NCBI GenBank assembly: GCA_037447605.1
Contig: CM074806.1
Coordinates: 186,001-250,000, forward strand
Length of the DNA stretch: 64,000 nt
Origin: Zygnema circumcarinatum SAG 698-1b
Lineage: Eukaryota > Plantae > Zygnematophyceae
Reading direction: 5' to 3'
Positions 60,845 to 64,000 of this stretch are shown here, piece after piece. The translations under genes and the position numbers were made by a program. Numbering within the stretch: position 1 is the first letter of the stretch; each line of letters starts with the position of its first letter. Below the pieces are notes generated by a model. It did no database searches. It worked only from the letters and a program-made list of their open reading frames with translations, and was not told the DNA's origin.

Positions 60845-61969
60845 GAGAGGCGCTCACTATTTGAAGTTGATCTACAAGGCTCCCTGAAGCTGTGATTCAT
60901 CTTTTCCAGTCGCACTCACTGTCCTTGCACAGTCAAAACATATGTGAGGCCTATGTGGAAACGCCCTTAGTTCTGTGATTTCTCTAACTGAACAGATTTC
61001 ATGGGACATGAGACGAAGCGTGCCTGGCCTGCTTTTGAAGCTTTGGACTGCCTGTGACCATAGACTCGTCACCCTTTTTCTTCTTTTGTTATATTTCTTA
61101 AACCTTTCCTCATTCTTCGTAGTGTCATACAAATTCATTTATGCACCTCCTTGGTCGCGTCCTACCCCCGTAGTCTCTGGAAACCTTACAATATGAAATT
61201 TCGACTGCATACGTAAGTACTGTGGCTTCATGTCGAACACAAGCCCCTGACTCAACCTTGGAAGGACCGGCTGTTGCAGAGATGAGCCCGCTTTCAAATT
61301 GCTTCAAATTTAAGGTAGCAGGAGAGCTGCACTAGAACAATAGTAGTGATGGCCCCTACCATCTGAATACCAATTGGGCACAGAAAACTCGCTTTAGTTG
61401 GTGATTAGCTTATTTTCCTGTCTGGGTACAGACCCGTGACCCAAGCTTTGTAATCAGTGCTCAATCTTTCCACCCTCCGTCATCGAGACGTTAGGAAACA
61501 TCAGCAAGCTAAGCGAGTGGTTGAAAAGTTTAAACATGAAAAACGCACTTCCACAAATAAAACATGACTCTTACTTCACGATGGCATCGCCATCGACAGA
61601 TCAGTGCCACATCTCTTCTCTTAAGTGAACTACCAGTAATAAACTTTAGGAGGGCTCAGACTTAGAAAGATTTGCACTCTTGGATATGGAAATCGATTAG
61701 TTCGCAATTGACAAAAAAAAAAGTGACAGCACATACAAGTACTTTCTTCAAAAACAAGTTTCGTATTGATGTATGTCAAGCCTACGACTCAACACTCAAC
61801 AGATTGTCAGAAGCGGCTCTAAACTGTGCTCGCAGGATAGCTTCAAGCTTAGGGTTGAGGTTTAGAGGTCAAAGCCACAACCAAACACTCAATAATTCAA
61901 GGAAATCAGTGTACAACAGTTTTCCAACAGCCCTAACATCACCATATAGGACGAAGGAATGTCACAGTT

Positions 61970-62200
61970 ATGCCCCTCACACACTCCCCTTCCACTTCCT
62001 CATCCCTCTCCCTTCCCCGTACCCAGCCCCTCCCCACTTCCACTTCCTCGTCCCTCTCCCTCCCCCTTACCCAGCCCCTTTCCCCTTCCACTTCCGCATC
62101 CCTCTCCTCCCCCCTTCCCCAGCCCCTCCCCCCTTCTACTTCCTCATCCCTCTCCCCCCCTCCTTCCCCAGCCCCTCCCCCATTCCACTCTCTCCCACTT
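61970..62200. repeat. CT-rich degenerate tandem repeat (~45-bp unit, ~5 copies)
   Basis: The CCCTTCCACTTCCTCATCCCTCTCC...CCCAGCC unit recurs. Confidence 0.75.
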
Positions 62201-62516
62201 TGTCCGCCTCCTAACCTCAGTAACAACTAAGCTTAGCGGAGAGGGCAGAAGCCACGGAGTTTATCTTCGAAGAGAAGAGCACAGCTATACATAACTACGA
62301 TAAATACATACTTTCTGTCAGTTAAACACCATAAGGCAGAGGGTCAAGACAAAGGTCGGGCACAATCCCTGTCAGAACAGAGCACCGGGACTTGTAAGAA
62401 GTTGGAAACAATCCCCGTTTCCCCTCCTCTGATTCAAAGCATATCCGGCCACAGTTATAACAAGCTCTGGAGGTCAAGCCTGAAGATGGTTCAGGGTTCA
62501 GGCTTTTGAAAGCCGA

Positions 62517-64000
62517 TCAACGCCAACCCCTTGGTTGGTATCCCGGTTGGGTCCCTGCTTGGTATCCTGCTTGGGCCCCCGCCTGGTAGCCTGGCTGAGC
62601 CCCTCCCTGGTAGCCTGCTTGAGCCCCTGCCTGGTAGCCTGGCTGAGCACCTGCTTGGTAGCCGGGAGGAGGCTCAGGCACAAACCGCTCCTTCTCCAGC
62701 TGCTCAAACTGCGGCTGCTTTTTCGAGTTGTGACGGGCACAGCAACCAATGCAGTAGAGGAGACTCTGCACAGCAACAAATTTCAGAATTTCAATTTCAG
62801 AAGATGCTTCAAGGAAATAGGGAAAATTTCACGAGCCATTCTGCAGGTCTCCTAGGACTGCTGAGAGGTAGTAATGGATTATGTTCACTGTTCAAAGGGG
62901 ATGAACTGATGGGGATCGGGGTAGGTAGGATCTATGGAAGGCAGGAATGCAGCTATTGATGACCCTCAAGTGCTCCTCTCTTAGACAACTTCCGTTCTCC
63001 GCACAATCCCGCCATCCCTCCCTCTCTCTCTCCCTCCGTCCCAAAAACAAAAAAGGCTTGCCTGCGCCTTAATGGTTTTAAAAAAAAAGGCAAACGTGTC
63101 TGCTTGAGCACAGTAACAGGCGAGTGAAACGCAAGCATAAAAAGGCTAAACAGCTCTACCAGGAGTAGGACGACGACAAGAAGCACCACGGAGCTTGTCC
63201 GCCATTCCTGTCGAATGTACTGCGCCACGCCACCCCTGCCCATCTCCAGACATGACTAATATTAGAAAGGATGAAGTCACAAACATCAGCCGCCCCCTCG
63301 CACACCTACTCCTGTTAATCTCAGCTTTCTTACCCTCGTACTAGAGGAATAAGATTTTCACTGCTCAGCTCTACTTAAACGCCAACCCCAACAATACTTT
63401 GACTTCCTTTTTAGAGATTCATTCGCCTTCCTTTCAACAGGACTATTCATATTCGACTAGGCTGTGCCAAATCCTGGCATGGACTCCACTGTATAAGCTC
63501 AGAATCTCTGCTCCTAGATCAAGACAACAGGGGGAAGGCTCGGGACCTGGATACGATGGGAGATAGGGGGAGGGGGGGGAAGGAGAAGGAACGAAGGGGC
63601 GAGAAGCAATATCTAGAAAAGTCATGTGCGGAAGGCGGATGTGCTGGAGTGAGATTTGATTCTTCTAAATTCGCAAGAAACGGACAAGGAAGCGAAGGAA
63701 AAAGATGAGAAGGGTTGACGGGGAAAGGAAGGAGGCGAGAGCGGCAATGGGGGATGGGGACGAGAGGGAGGGAGGGAAAGTAACGATGGACAGAAGGCCG
63801 GGGAGGGAGGGTATGGATTGTCGCATGTGACAGAAGTTGGCATGGCCCCCGTGGATGCTTTCAGCACGGAACAATGGACTGCAACTTACTTGCAAGAGTC
63901 GCAATCATAGCACATCTTCGTAGGATCATTGCTCCACCTTAAGCAATCCTCCGTATTGAAACTGGATTCGGTTTTGTCAAAGACCGTGATGTTTGACTGG
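62517..64000 (-). CDS. Tetraspanin, 3' part (gene continues beyond the window)
   Basis: Exons >64000-63890 (EDCLRWSNDPTKMCYDCDSCK, the plant tetraspanin EC2 motif), 63235-63160 (GGVAQYIRQEWRTSSVVLLVVVLLL) and 62765-62517 (SLLYCIGCCARHN + GYQ-repeat tail). Confidence 0.88.

Noticed and set aside
1855-64000. Strand bias, 10 of 12 genes on the minus strand
   Set aside because: Two-sided binomial probability is about 0.04 for one post-hoc observation, and the genes are functionally unrelated, so no operon-like cluster can be claimed.

Overview
Eukaryotic nuclear DNA from a streptophyte green alga. The land-plant-type gene set, GC-rich promoters and G/C- or GA/CT-rich low-complexity introns are most consistent with a Zygnematophycean such as Closterium (inference, no database search). 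By tracing splice sites by hand I can support 12 protein-coding genes, plus a doubtful 5' gene fragment at the left edge. In order: EF-hand/TPR/ZZ protein, U2AF35, DUF3754 protein, POT1, RNA polymerase subunit RPB3, F-box/LRR protein, GOLD-domain protein, CYP710 sterol C22-desaturase, alpha/beta-hydrolase, a papain-EGF-LysM chimeric protease, QCR7 and the 3' end of a tetraspanin. Ten are on the minus strand. Intergenic DNA holds several TIR/TSD-bounded non-autonomous DNA transposons, a dispersed ~150-bp repeat with a codon-like substitution pattern, and a ~43-bp tandem array. Six 10-N gaps all sit in or next to G/C-rich low-complexity or homopolymer tracts. Best leads: (1) a papain protease with intact catalytic residues fused to two EGF-like and four Cys-type LysM-like modules; (2) a CYP710 gene whose 7 introns are all phase 0 after CAG, two with GC donors; (3) a ~32-copy perfect TTTAGG telomere-variant array in a QCR7 intron; (4) a CCAAT-N10-CACG (ERSE-I-like) element found in several promoters and amplified into a tandem array.
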